The position numbers and the translations under genes are program-made. Shown here piece by piece: positions 11,351 to 23,184 of a DNA stretch of 48,927 bases. The stretch spans positions 21,919,895 through 21,968,821 of the forward strand of contig NC_057719.1 of assembly GCF_004010195.1 (NCBI RefSeq), written 5' to 3'. The notes under the pieces are model-generated. The model worked only from the letters and a program-made list of their open reading frames with translations, ran no database searches and was not told where the DNA came from. The DNA comes from Chiloscyllium plagiosum (Eukaryota). The number at the start of each line of letters is the position of its first letter. Position 1 is the stretch's first letter.

Positions 11351-11528
11351 CCTCACCTTGACCTCCCTCCACCTATCGCATTTCCAAAGCCCCTCCCCTA
11401 AGTCCCCCCTCCCTGCTGGACACACTTTCCTCATTCCTGAAGAAGGGCTTATGCCCGAAACGTCGATTCTCCTGTTCTTTGGATGCTGCCTGACCTGCTG
11501 CGCTTTTCCAGCTACACATTTTCAGCTC
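11351..11528 (+). mobile_element. PLE 3' terminal repeat (family A)
   Basis: Near-identical to 1049-1145; preceded by a pyrimidine-rich PLE 3' UTR. Confidence 0.85.
11433..11468 (+). ncRNA. Minimal type-I hammerhead ribozyme motif, core intact
   Basis: CTGAAGA-A-GGGC ttat GCCC-GAAA-CG-TC (11437-11464); perfect 4-bp stem II, ACGT palindrome, short stem I. Confidence 0.75.
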
Positions 11529-11596
11529 TAACCTTCTTCACTGTCCACTACACTTCCAATTTTGGTGTCATCTGCAAACTTACTCACCACCCATCC

Positions 11597-11946
11597 ATCA
11601 TAGAATCCCTACAGTGTGGAAGCAGGTCATTTGGCCCAACATATATACACCAACCCTCCGAAGAGATCCCACCCAGACCCATTCCCCTGCTCTATTATTC
11701 TACATTTCCCCTGAATAAAGCATCACACCTACACATCGCTGAGCACTCTGGGCAATTTTTTTTTAAGCTTGGTCAATTCACCTAACCCACACATCTTTGG
11801 ACTGTGGGAGGAAATTGGAGCAACCATAGGAAACCCATGTGGAGAATGTGTAAACTCCACACAGATAGTTGCCTGAGGCTGGAATCAAACTCAGGCCCCT
11901 GGCGCTATGAAGCAGCAGTGCTAACCACTGAGCCACCGTGCTACCC
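11597..11946 (-). mobile_element. HE1-type SINE, full length
   Basis: The reverse complement begins gggtagcacggtggctcagtggttagcactgctgc, has a B box (gagtttgattcc) and ends in an (attctatg)-type tail. Confidence 0.9.
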
Positions 11947-12096
11947 ATTTTCACAAAGCATCTTAACAGTCACTACCTGAACAACTTGTACAAAGTGGCA
12001 ACAGTATCTAACATCAAAGGATCCACTACAAGAACTCAGCAAAGCTTTTTCAGCAGCACTGTCCAAACCTGTGACCTCAGCCATAGGTAAAAAGCC

Positions 12097-12520
12097 GGTC
12101 ACTGCCCATTTCAAATCCCTCAACCGCTCCCTTTCCGACATGACCATCCTTGGAACAATACCTCACCTTTTGCCTGGGCAGCCTACAGCCCAGAGGACTC
12201 AACATTGAGTTCTCCAGTTTCAAATAATATTCCTCCCCATCCCCCGACTCACTTCCCAGCCTCTTCCCCTCCCTGCCACCAACCGGATTCATTCCTCCCA
12301 TTGACCAACCAGGTTGTACCCTCTGCCTGTCTTCACTTATCCCCACTTCACCACCCCCTTTATCTGCAGCTCCCCCCACACCCATCCCTAGTCATGAAGA
12401 AGGGTTACACCTGAAATGTCAACTTCTACACTTCCTCCTGATGCTGCCTGGCTTGCTGTGTTCTTCCAATCTCCTGCTTGTCTATTTTGGATTCCAGTGT
12501 CTGCAGCTTTTTTTGTCTCT
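12097..12520 (+). mobile_element. PLE 3' fragment (third family) nested in an L2/Crack-like relic (about 11950-12645)
   Basis: GIY-YIG C-terminal remnant (EQYLTFCLGSLQPRGLNIEFSSFK), C-rich UTR, mutated hammerhead 12394-12420, ...ttccagtgtctgcagc end. Confidence 0.8.
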
Positions 12521-12732
12521 ATAGGTAAAATGGCAGCAGGCATGTGATTATGTCATCACCTCCAAGATCACTTTAAATTTCACGATACCTTCACAAGAAG
12601 CATTGTGCAAGTAGGTGTACCACATGGACTGAAGTTATTCAGGAATGATTTGGAAGTGCCGGTGCTGGACTGGGGTGGACAAAGTTAAAAATCACACAAC
12701 ACCAGGTATCATCCAACAGGTTTATTTGGAAG

Positions 12733-12767
12733 CACTAGCTTTCAAAGCACTGCTTCTTCATCAGGTA
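12733..12767 (-). ncRNA. Minimal type-I hammerhead ribozyme motif, core intact
   Basis: Minus strand: tac-CTGATGA-A-GAAGC agt GCTTT-GAAA-GC-TA-gtg; stems pair allowing G-U; AGCT palindrome. Confidence 0.7.
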
Positions 12768-13038
12768 GCTGTGGAGCAGTATAAGACTTTATAGCAACAG
12801 GACTGCAGTGTCATGGCATGTAATATTTAGCAAATTTAGCTTAAGTCTTTCATCTTTCAGAATGATCACGTTAGTTTTGATTCCTTCATATATAAATCCC
12901 AGAACTTTTTAGACATTACATTCTCAAGATAACTTTTAAAAATAGGCGTCATCTCAACTCAGATGGCACTGTAATCCTGTTGCTATTTTTTAAAAGTTGC
13001 TGTTATAAAGTCTATGTCTTATGATTCTGTTCCACAAC

Positions 13039-13073
13039 CACCTGATGAAGGAGTGGCGCTCCGAAAATTAGTG
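13039..13073 (+). ncRNA. Minimal type-I hammerhead ribozyme motif, core intact
   Basis: cac-CTGATGA-A-GGAGT ggc GCTCC-GAAA-AT-TA-gtg; stem I cac/gtg, 5-bp stem II, AATT palindrome. Confidence 0.72.
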
Positions 13074-16000
13074 CTACCAATAAAACCTGTTGGTCTGTAA
13101 TCTAGTGTTGTGTGATTTTTAACGCTATTCAGAAACATTAGAAACGTTGCATTCAGTGACAGATACCAGAGGCTGAAGATTGTTTGGCCAGAGTCTAAAT
13201 ATATACTTGTCTCGTCAGAATGTTACTGCAACTCACACATCATGAAACACCACCACAATGATTAATTGATCCTGATACATGCAGATATGAAGGCACAGAG
13301 TTCTCATCAATTATCTCCGAATTAACAATATTCCCCCTTCGCTGTGTTTGCTCTCAGGCATCCCTATCTGACCCTATTAGATGGTAACTTTCACATCAAC
13401 TTCGAAAGGACAGTCAGGATGGACAATAAATGCTAACTTTGCTCGTGATTTTTACAGGCCATGAAAGAATGAGAAAAAGGTACAGTAATCATGACACATG
13501 CACTGATCAATTGATGTGACTGTAAAGGCATAACGATAACAATAGATAAAATGACTGGTGTAACACTCACCCAAAATCTTTCAAGCAAAGTGTTTGAGTC
13601 ATGATTTTCATGTTCTTCAGATAAGCAGAAAGTTGGTTCAGAATGCCTTTTGCAACGTTCAATTTTGCGCCTCCTCAGTTACTACCATAGTTTTCTGGGC
13701 TATTGCCTTATTGTGTATAATCTGAAAAAAATCTCTGCATGAAGTTCAAATATAGTGCAACCAATTTATAACTCGCATGTCGTGTAACGTAGAGCTATGT
13801 TTTATCCCGTAGAGCTGATGTCTAATCTCGAATCTGCCATTTTCTCCTTCTTCCAAGTTCTTCCTCTATGGAAGTTTAAAGTGTGGTGGCTGGCTGTAGG
13901 ATTTCAAGGCAACTCAAATGGAATTCAGCTGGGTCTGGTGTATGTTGTTGAAATTGCCCCATGATTCATTCAGTTTCATCTGCAGCACATCCATGAAACT
14001 GCGTGAAAGCAGTGACTGCTTCAGGTTTCTGCTAATCTTATCCATCAGCACATATAGTCAGACAAGTGCAAGTCTCATAAGTTTGAGTTGAAGGCTTTAT
14101 TAGCAACAATCTGAGTATATATGAGAACTATTCTGAGTTGAAGATTTGTTCCATTGAAGGTCCTACCTCATGCATCCCCTCAGATGGCCCTCCCTCCTGG
14201 GTAGACTGAGTTACAAAGAGCTGTTTTTTGATGAGCTGTGATAGCGCTCAACACTTCTTTTTTTATATATTTATTCTTAGGATGTGATGAAGGCTCATCT
14301 TTATTACCCATAACTAACAGTTGTTAACATTGTTTAAGGATTGACAAAAAGAAGGAGAGAAAGGCAGTGATTTACATTTAAATAGCACCTTTCGTGATCT
14401 CGGCACTTCCCAAAATACATAACAACCGTTATTTTACTTTCCTATGATAGGAATACCTCTTGTAATCAATACTGCTCAGAGAAAAATAAAATCATTCTTA
14501 TATGATAAAGCCCTCTTAAATTACAATGTTTGATTCCCAGTTTGGGTGCTTTTTGTGCAGTGAAGCTGTCGTAAGGAGCATTGGTTGAGAAATTGCAGAC
14601 CAGAAGCTACCAATTTTCAATTTATTTAGGTTCATAGAACTGGAAGTTAGTGACTTCCGGGCCAATTCTCCCTGTAAACTCTGCTTAATCCCAGAAGTCC
14701 CCAATCTGGGAATCAGCAGAGTATCCAGTTTATCTGCCATCACCGTTGATTCCACTCACACATACATTGTGATTGCTCCATTCCTATCTTCCTAAGTTAA
14801 CCTTTTATATCCTTGAGAGCATGTATAGATGAAGTAAATGGGTACGAATCATCCAGGGCGCAGTGCGCTGTAGTTCAGATTGAGTCAATTATGCAGCTCT
14901 GTTATTAGTCTACAGAAGCAGAAGATGGAATAATACATGCTCCAAATAACACTTGAAAATGGTCGATTCCATTACGAATGTGATGTCTTGTGGCCAGGTA
15001 ATGTCTCTGTATCAATAAGTGAGTACAAAATACATGACAATAGTAAAATGACACTCATTTGGTTTCCCTAGTTTTTTGATACTCAAAGATGTCAGGATCT
15101 GATATGATATTCAAGGTGAACTTTTAAATGGTGTAAAGAGCTTGGAGTGCTTAAGGCCTCCTATCTGTTTTGTAAAACAGTAATCTCCTGAAATTTCATG
15201 GAACTATAAACTAATAATTTGTTGTTTAGTTTGTTTACTATGAGGTTTCAATCAGTTCTCTAGTGCAATGTTGCAGCTGCAGACTACTGCTAGCTAAGTG
15301 GAATTTTCAAGGCCATTGTGTGTTTGTTGCTATATGTTGGATGACAATAGAATAAGGTCATGTTCAAAAGGAAACTCATGTTGCCTCAATATCGACCTCG
15401 ACACAGTAATTTCATTTATTACCTGCTTAATCATCATATAATTACTATTCATATTTTATTAATGGATGTCTTGTTTCTTAAGAATCTAAAAATATCATAG
15501 CTATTAGATTTCAAGTATCTGTTTTCCATTCACATGTTCATCATTTTCTTTCATAAAACAACATCATAAGGAATTGACTAAGACAGTCTGTGTCACCAAC
15601 TCTATCTCAGATAATACCAAATGACATACGCATCGAACAGACAAATAATATCGAATAATCTAATCTTTCTCATTTAGTTTCTAGTGCTGAAACAGAAATA
15701 TAAGTGTCTTATGTGTAATGTCGATGGCCTGATTTTGTATGAGAGCAATGCATTATTGGTAATACGTGATAACGTTTTGCTGAGGGGATGAATTAGAGTT
15801 AATAGTCAAAATCACAAGTGTTAGGAGAATGGCACCTAACCATTTGGAATGACAGAGATAAAACAGAAAGTTCAAAACCTGGGATGACCACCTAACAAGA
15901 AAGCAATTTATATTTCATGTAATTAACCATTCTAATACATTTCACAGGAACATTATCAATCAAGATTTGATACTGATTGTGAGAGTAAGATAGGTGAAAA

Positions 16001-16224
16001 ATATGAGTTTCCAGAACCATACTAAAATGAGAGGAAGAGGTAAAGAGTCAAAAATGGCTAGAAAGTGAATTCAAGAAAGTAAGGCCTAGGAAGCTGAAGA
16101 TATGGATGTCAAGAATGGGCTGATGAAAATCAGGATGCTCACAAGGCGAGACTTGAAGCAGTGAAGAGGTCTTGGTGCAGGAGAGCCCAGGGAGGTTAGA
16201 GGTAGGACTACATAAGCTCAGAAG

Positions 16225-16573
16225 CTCTATAAATGGAAAACTGCAGAAAATTGCTACACATAGGGACTTGCGGACATTTGTGCATGAAACACAGAAAGCT
16301 AGCACAGAGGTGCAGTTGGTAATCAGCAAGGGTAAGGCAATGTCAGCCCTTATTTCAAGAGATTGGGAGTATGAGAGTAGAAAAGTCTTACTGCAATTGA
16401 AAAGTTGCTGGTGAAACCACATTTTGATCAGAAGGGAAATCAAGTGTTAGGGAGTAAGGTTTGGAAAGTGGATGTGAGGAATGTTGAATCAGCCATAATC
16501 CTATTAAATGATGAAGCAGATATGAGAAGGGAATGGCTACTCCTTTTTCTACTTCTGCTAGTCTTATGATTAT
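16225..16573 (+). mobile_element. Internally deleted CR1 LINE fragment
   Basis: NGKLQKIATHRDLRTFVHETQKASTEVQLVISKGKAMSALISRDWEYESRKVLLQL plus a CR1 3' UTR. Confidence 0.75.
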
Positions 16574-16579
16574 GGAAGA

Positions 16580-17040
16580 TCCTGGCATTCATTAGTATCC
16601 CCATCACTGAATCCTTCACTACCAACATCCTAGGCTTACTATTGACCACAAATTGAAATGGATATGTCATGTCAGTACTGTGGCTACAAAAGCAGGTCAC
16701 AGGCTATGAATCTTCTAGCACAGAATTCATCTCCTGTCCTCTGTCTAGAAGACACAAAGAGGGTGAAGGAATACTCCATGCTTACCTAAATGAGTGCAGC
16801 TCCAAAAACACTCAAGAGGCTTGACACCATCTCGGAGAAAGCAGTTTGATTGGCATCACATCCACAAACATTCACTCCTTCTACCACTGATGCTCAGTGG
16901 TAGTTTTGTATACCACCTACAAGATGCACTGCAGAAATTCACCAAGCATCCTTAGACCACCTTCCAAATCCATGAGTTCAACCACCTGGAAAGGCAAGGG
17001 CAGCAGATACATGGAAACACTTCAAAGTGCAATTCCCCCC
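16580..17040 (+). mobile_element. L2/Crack-like LINE 3' fragment
   Basis: Homologous to 42640-43060 (catcactgaatcc...caacatcct...ttgaccacaaattgaa; gagtgcagctccaaaaacactcaagaggcttgacaccatc). Confidence 0.75.
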
Positions 17041-17714
17041 CCCACCACCAATCATGTTCTCCCTAATCTGTTTCTTTTACTGAGTCCAGAGTGAATACAG
17101 AAATGTCAAATAAAGGAGTCTGGCACAGCTTGTCTGACTGGAGATGGAGACAAGGTCACTATCAGCTTCATAAAGACCTACACATAAGGCAGAAGGAGGA
17201 GGCTTACCTCACGAAACCCGCCAAAGTAAGGTGGCTGGACAGTTTCTGTGTTAACCTCTTGTTTTAACTTACATTTGATCATAGTGTGCCAGCTGCAACG
17301 TATTCATAGATATGGTTATTCCATAATGGACAGTGTTGACCACTTACAGCAATGCTTTACCAGTGCAACCATCTCTCTAAATAGCCAATTAAATGCTTAC
17401 TACTGGATGACATGCTGCTACATGACACATAGGTAAAAGCCAAAATTAACTATCAGATTGAAATCTAGATGGATCTTGACATAGCAAATCCCTGGGAGAC
17501 GACCAAATTATATTTGGCATAAATATTTACTGTCAAACTGATTGGGTTGCAAGAAGGGACAGATGAATCATGTAACCCTGTTCCTCGAAATGAGGGCATG
17601 AACATGTCTCTGCGTGAATGCTCCGATATATCAGACTTCGAACCTGCATTCCTAAAAATCCTACAAGAACAGATATCAGCTCCTACTCCCCTTATGGCAG
17701 AAGATTGCACAGGA

Positions 17715-18266
17715 GTAAGGTTGCACTTGGAGTATTGTGTTCAGTTTTGGTCACCTTGTTTTCTGAAGAACGTTATTCAACTGGAAAAGAATACAGAAGA
17801 AATTTTCAAGGCAATACCCCATCTGAGTTATAGGGAGAGGTTGGACAAGCTAGCACCTCTTTCTTTAGAGCGTAGGAGACTGAGGGGGAATCTTACAGAA
17901 AGGCATAAGATCATGAGAGGCATGGATAGAGTGAATACACTCAGTCTTTTATCCCAGGGTTGGGGAATCGAGGACCAGAGGGCATCAGTTTAAGATTAGA
18001 GGGGAAAAAATAAAAGGGAACCTGAGGAGCAATGTTTTTACACAGAAGGTGATACGCACATGAAATGAGCTGCCTGTGGAAGTCATTGAGGTGGGTACAT
18101 TAACAGTACTGAAAAGGCAATTGGACAAATACACAGATAGGTAAGGTTTAGAAGGATCTGGGCCAAGTGCAGGGAAATGGGGTTAGCGTGGATGGATCTT
18201 TTAGTCGGCATGGACCAGTTTGGGATGAAGGGCCTGTCTCCTTGCTGTAAGACTCTATGACTCTCT
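17715..18266 (+). mobile_element. 5'-truncated CR1 LINE
   Basis: VRLHLEYCVQFWSP...LSYRERLDKLAPLSLERRRLRGNL...KIMRGMDRV; (atgactct) tail. Confidence 0.92.
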
Positions 18267-18272
18267 AAGATT

Positions 18273-18356
18273 CCAAATAAACCAGTTGGACTATAACCTG
18301 GTGTTGTGTGATATTTCACTTCATCCACCCCAGTCCAACACCGGCACCTCCAAGTC
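18273..18356 (+). mobile_element. PLE family-B extreme 3' end inserted into the CR1 tail
   Basis: Matches 5548-5630; 16-bp duplication atgactctctaagatt (18257-18272) / atgactctctgagatt (18357-18372). Confidence 0.85.
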
Positions 18357-19240
18357 ATGACTCTCTGAGATTTACTGTGATTGCATAAGATTTTAGAATC
18401 AAAATTCCTATAAGATGCAGAAGAAAGGAGAACCCAAAGTCAGAATTATCCAATCGAGTAGGTGAAGAGAGCATCCAGGCACAGTCAGCATCATCTTCCC
18501 CGGGCATTAGAGAAACATTGAACTTGTGAGGAAGCAGGTCAGAATGGGAAGCTACAAATCATGAATAAGTTTCGAGATCTACCTCATTTACTCAGCAGTA
18601 GGACAAGTACACTGTTTACCTGTTCAGAACAGGCCCAGCCTGAATTCAGAAGTTATACATAAGGGGCCATCATAGAGAATCCTGCCTCCAATTCAGACAC
18701 CTACAATTTTCACAGAGAGGAGGAGTGGGGTCAGGTTCCAATTTGTAGATCTGTAGTACATGGAGACAACCACTTGTGTTAGAAACTACCTCAGGTTGAT
18801 CTGATTGTGGCCAGTGGGATTTACAAAATATGAGCTGTATACTTTAGATCTGTTAATGAAAGGTCTAAAACTACCAGAGTTCTCCGCAGATGTAGAGTAC
18901 TCTTTTGGAGAGGTAAGGCATCCTTGTGGTTAGGGTCCAGGGTCTTCTTTAAGAAAGATTAGGTACCATTTAAAAGTAGACATAAATGTTCACAAAGAAT
19001 GCTTAAAATTATTGCAAGTGTAAATCTCATTGCAATGTCAAGATCATTTGAATTGTCAAGATAGCTGCCAAAAGCAACTGTCAAATTTATAGTTTTTATT
19101 CATTCCTGAGGTGTAGATATTCCTGCCAGCTCTGCATTTATTGCACATCCCTAATTATCCTTGAAAAGGTGGTGGTAACCCACTTTCTTAAACCATAGCA
19201 GTCCTTGAAGCGTAAGTCATTAAAATTGCTGCTTTCTAGT

Positions 19241-19880
19241 AGAGTCATAGAGATGTACAGCATGGAATCAGATCCTTCAGTCCCACTTGTCCATGCTGAC
19301 TAGATATCCTAAACTATCTAGTCCCATTTGCCAGCACTTAGTCCATATCTCTCTAAACTCTTCCTATTCATATACCCATCCAGATGCCTTTTAAATGTTG
19401 CAATTGTCCCACTTCCTCTGGCAGCTCATTCCATACACGCACCACCCTCTGCATGAAAATGTCCCTTAGGTTCCTTTTAAATTTTTCCCCTCTCACTTTA
19501 AACCTATGCCCTCTACTTCTATCCCATCCCAGGGAAAAATCTTGTCTATTTACCCTATCCATGCCCCACATGATTTTATAAATCTCTATAGGGTCACCCC
19601 TCAGCCTCCGACGCTCCAGGGAAAACAGACCCAGCCTATTGAACCACTCCCCACAGCTCAAACCCTCCAACCCTGGTAATATCCTTGTAAATCTTTTCTA
19701 AACCATTTCAAATTTCACAACCTTCCAATAGGAGGGAGACGAGAATTGCACACAATAATCCAAAAGTGACTTAACCAATGTCCTGTACAGCTGCAACATG
19801 ACCTCCCAACTCCTGTACTCAATACTCTGACCAATAAAGGAAAGCATACCAAACGCCTTCTTCAATATCCTATCTACCTG
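19241..19880 (-). mobile_element. CR1/HER1-type LINE 3' fragment
   Basis: EGLSCGEWFNRLGLFSLERRRLRGDPIEIYKIMWGMDRVN...; agagtcatagag tail. Confidence 0.92.
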
Positions 19881-20067
19881 ATTTGAAGAAAGTGATTATC
19901 TGTTGTTTAAAAAAAATCTTAGTCAGCACTTGCTATTTCATTCTGTCTATTGACAGATGTTTGAGGGTTATCCATTACAGTATTGCACAACTGATTTATC
20001 AGGGTTTCATTACTGCAGTGGGTGACTATCAGTCTGCAGTTTCATCCACAGCTAAAAATGGTTTGTC

Positions 20068-20156
20068 ATAATGTGGAGGGTTTGGTATTGGACTAGGGTG
20101 AACAAAGTTAAAAAAATCACACAACACCAGGTTATAGTCCTACAGATTTATTTGGG
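20068..20156 (-). mobile_element. PLE family-B extreme 3' end fragment
   Basis: Reverse complement of the 5548-5630 sequence (caaagttaaaa..tcacacaacaccaggttatagtcc). Confidence 0.8.
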
Positions 20157-20499
20157 ATTTGAAACACCTTGAAAAACCTTAAAACTTCCAATGCTTATTC
20201 TTCAAGAAATTATGATGAAGATAAAGGCAGTCAATGGGATTTTGTCAACGATAGATTTTTTTAACAAGTTAATTCATCAATAGACACTGAAAAATGTTGT
20301 AGAATCTTTGCATGAATTGAAATCTGCCCATATTGGACACCGTCTAATTTGGCATGGTAGGTGGAAAGGCAAAGGATGGTTGGTCAGTAGCATGAGGTGG
20401 GACTAAGGTGATGTAGTTTAAAATATAACGTTTGTTTTGTAGCCAATTTGATATCCAACATGCTGTCGGATCCTTGGTTCCACATTCTAGGAGTGTAGA

Positions 20500-20815
20500 G
20501 CATGTAGAGTTAGAGGTCATAATTGAAAAATAAGGGGGTGCCCATTTCAAACAGAGATGTAGAAGCCTTTTCTGTCTGTCTCTCTCTCTCAGAGAGTTAT
20601 GAGTTTGTGGAATTCCCTTCCTCAAAGGTAGTGAATCCAGAAAATATATTTAAGCTTTATTCTTGATTACCAAGGTGGTGAAACGTTAATGGGGTATGCA
20701 GAAATGTAGAGTTGAGGTTAAAATCAGACCATCTGTGATCTTACTGAATGGCAGACCGGACTCATGGGGTCAGGTGGCCTACACTTGTTACTTGTTTGTA
20801 TGTTCTTATGTTTCC
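20500..20815 (+). mobile_element. Degenerate CR1 3' fragment with an internal (CT)n run
   Basis: ...tctcagagagttatgagtttgtggaattcccttcc... and tail tgtatgttcttatgtt. Confidence 0.65.
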
Positions 20816-22730
20816 CACAGCCCACTGTTGTGTTTAAAACCTGCAATCCCCAACTTCCTCAGAAATAAACTCCAATGTTTGAGGGCAATTTCTTCTGGGT
20901 TGGTTTTATGGATTCAGCAATTGTCCTAAACCTGCACCATCCAACGCCGAATGCAAAATTTCTGGTTTATGTTTCTTCACAGCATTGATTCTCACTGTGG
21001 TGCCTAAATCTGTGAACTTACACTGTAATTGTAGTCATTCAGCATTGGTTCAAGCAATGTGAGTACACATATAATTATACACAGCAACTTTAGCAGCCAG
21101 TACATCAATGCACATCCCTCAATAGTGGGTAGAGAGGAGCTGTTGTGCCAAGTCCAAAGCATGTCTCCATGTAATTGAAAAACAAGTCCAACAAAACAAA
21201 GTTAGGAGTGGTTGAATTCAGGAAATATGTTGTTGGCCAAAAATCAGTCAAGCTTATTGTTTGCAAAATGCCAAGGGTATGGGAGTGGAGGAGGTATTTT
21301 AACCAACACATTTGAATGCATTTTTGGACATTGATGTGTATTCCTACGACATCGATTCTAATTCCATAAGGATATGCTAAAAGGCTTACATCTGCCCTGC
21401 AGTAATGCTGATTATCTTATTTGGTTGAAACACTTAGATGCCAGCGAATTGGTATTCAAGTAAAAAAAAAATCACATTTTTTCTATTAGTATAAATTTAA
21501 TCCTTACTGGGCATCCTGCTAGCTTTGAGATAACCCACTGGTAAAGAGGAAGCAACCTGGCAAACAGCTCAACCATGCTGAGTAGTAGGACAAAGAAAAG
21601 AAGATCAGACTACACTTAAATGCTTAATTGAAAGCCACAGTCTCTATTCTGTAAACATTTTGGTATGGTATAAATTACCACCAGGAGTGTCACGAGAAAA
21701 TAATGCGACAAAGTGTCAAGATAGATAGTGATAGGAAAATATTCTCAGCATCTATGAGTGACTGGACAGTGATTTTTCAACATTTTGTTTATGTTCTTGT
21801 GAGGTGTTTCAAGACTCAAGAAGCTTGCAATGATAAATACATTGGAAAATGATTCAAGGTATCTTTATTCCCCATAAGGCAATGCATCAGAGTAAGTTAT
21901 TAATTCACTTATTTTGATTTATAATTATTTCATTCTGACATAATTATGGTATTAGTAAAATTATCCCACTCAATACAATTTTGAAACCAATATAAAGCAA
22001 TTTAGAATACCTGCACTGAACTAATAATAAAAGGTCTGTCAGAAATTTGCTTGTGCACTTCGGTCATGCTATTAATTGCCTCTGCTTATTATGTGTAATT
22101 GAAAAGAACATGTGAACATACTGACCCAACTCTGCAAATTGGCCATAGTATTAATTTTGCCATGACAAGCACAATAGGTTCTAATATACAAAAATGGAGA
22201 ACACAATTTGAATCTATTATATGTGTGCCTATTTCTACTTTTACAACATCAGACTACCATGAAGTCCAGCCATCACATTTCTCTGGATTTCTATGGTTCC
22301 AGTCTTAATAGGTTTCTAGGCTCCTTTCACAGTCTGCCAAATCCTCTACTGCTCCTTGTGGATATTGGGACTGTTAGGAATGTATACATCTGGTAAATGT
22401 CCTTCTTAAACTTTGTTGGGAATTTAGCTAAGGAATCAGAGATCGGGACAAGAGTTTAGTCATCCAATCAAACAATCCCAGGCAAAGTGTAAGGAACAAT
22501 CTCCTCAACCGTGACACCAATTAATAAACATGTGTGAGAACTTCCCAACTTCAGTGCTCAGCATGAGAATGAACTAAACGTTTGGCACCAGTTTAGGGGC
22601 GCAGTTTTGTGCTCTGGGCTTATACCAATCTAAAACGTTGAAAACGTTTCAATTTTGAGAAATCATTCATTCCACCTATCTGGCTGGATTTCTGCCATTT
22701 TAAAATACTGGAACTAATAAATATGACTTT

Positions 22731-22786
22731 CCCTATTGTGTCACATACAGGCATCAGACCCTATTGTGTCACATACAGGCATCAGA
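22731..22786 (+). repeat. Perfect 28-bp tandem duplication
   Basis: ccctattgtgtcacatacaggcatcaga x2. Confidence 0.97.
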
Positions 22787-22902
22787 CATGAAAGAGATTC
22801 ATAGGAAACTACTGGCATGAATTAGTCCAATGCCTACAATTGGAAAAATGATAAATTCATGATCACTGAATGAAAATGTGACTACTGGAGGCATGTATCC
22901 TG

Positions 22903-22990
22903 AGTTGAAAAGTGTGACGGTGGAAAAGCACAACAGCATCTGGGGAGCAGGAGAGTCGACATTTTGGGCATAAGCCCTTCAGCAGGAATG
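22903..22990 (-). mobile_element. PLE family-A terminal fragment with a mutated hammerhead
   Basis: gaaaagtgtg..ggaaaagcacaacag..gagcaggagagtcgacattttgggcataagcccttcagcaggaat. Confidence 0.7.
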
Positions 22991-23184
22991 TCATGTATGT
23001 TGAGTCAGACAAGAAAAATAGAACTTTCCAAACTTTTATTGTCAGGAATGTACATTCTTTAAAAAAAATTGCTGTATAACCACAAATGCAATTTAAGTTG
23101 ATTGTTAAAATGTAGGCTGGAAATGTGCTTAGTTATTTTCATAATGTGCTATATGTGCAAGATTAAACCCTCACATTTCAAGGA

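Larger units (their letters stand above)
9581..11596 (-). mobile_element. CR1/HER1-type LINE (9581-9941, 10257-10764, 11529-11596) interrupted by an HE1 SINE and a composite PLE insert
   Basis: (agagtcat)n tail; translation YLRLEQDLDRVSQWAEEWQIELNLDKCEVLHFGKAN; KFADDTK region at about 11560-11580. Confidence 0.9.
12648..13123. mobile_element. PLE family-B fold-back mini-element (3' UTR in minus orientation + inverted partial terminal repeat)
   Basis: Homologous to 5290-5630; inverted arms about 12674-12810 / 12968-13123; degenerate duplication gttattcaggaa / gctattcagaaa in the flanks. Confidence 0.85.

Noticed and set aside
13571..13722. Minus-strand coding exon (tttttttcag ... gtgagt)
   Set aside because: All three frames contain stops; at most a non-coding exon.
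17090..18990. Possible decayed LTR-retrotransposon internal region flanking the CR1 at 17715
   Set aside because: The composition looks coding-like, but no integrase, RT or gag motif could be read convincingly.
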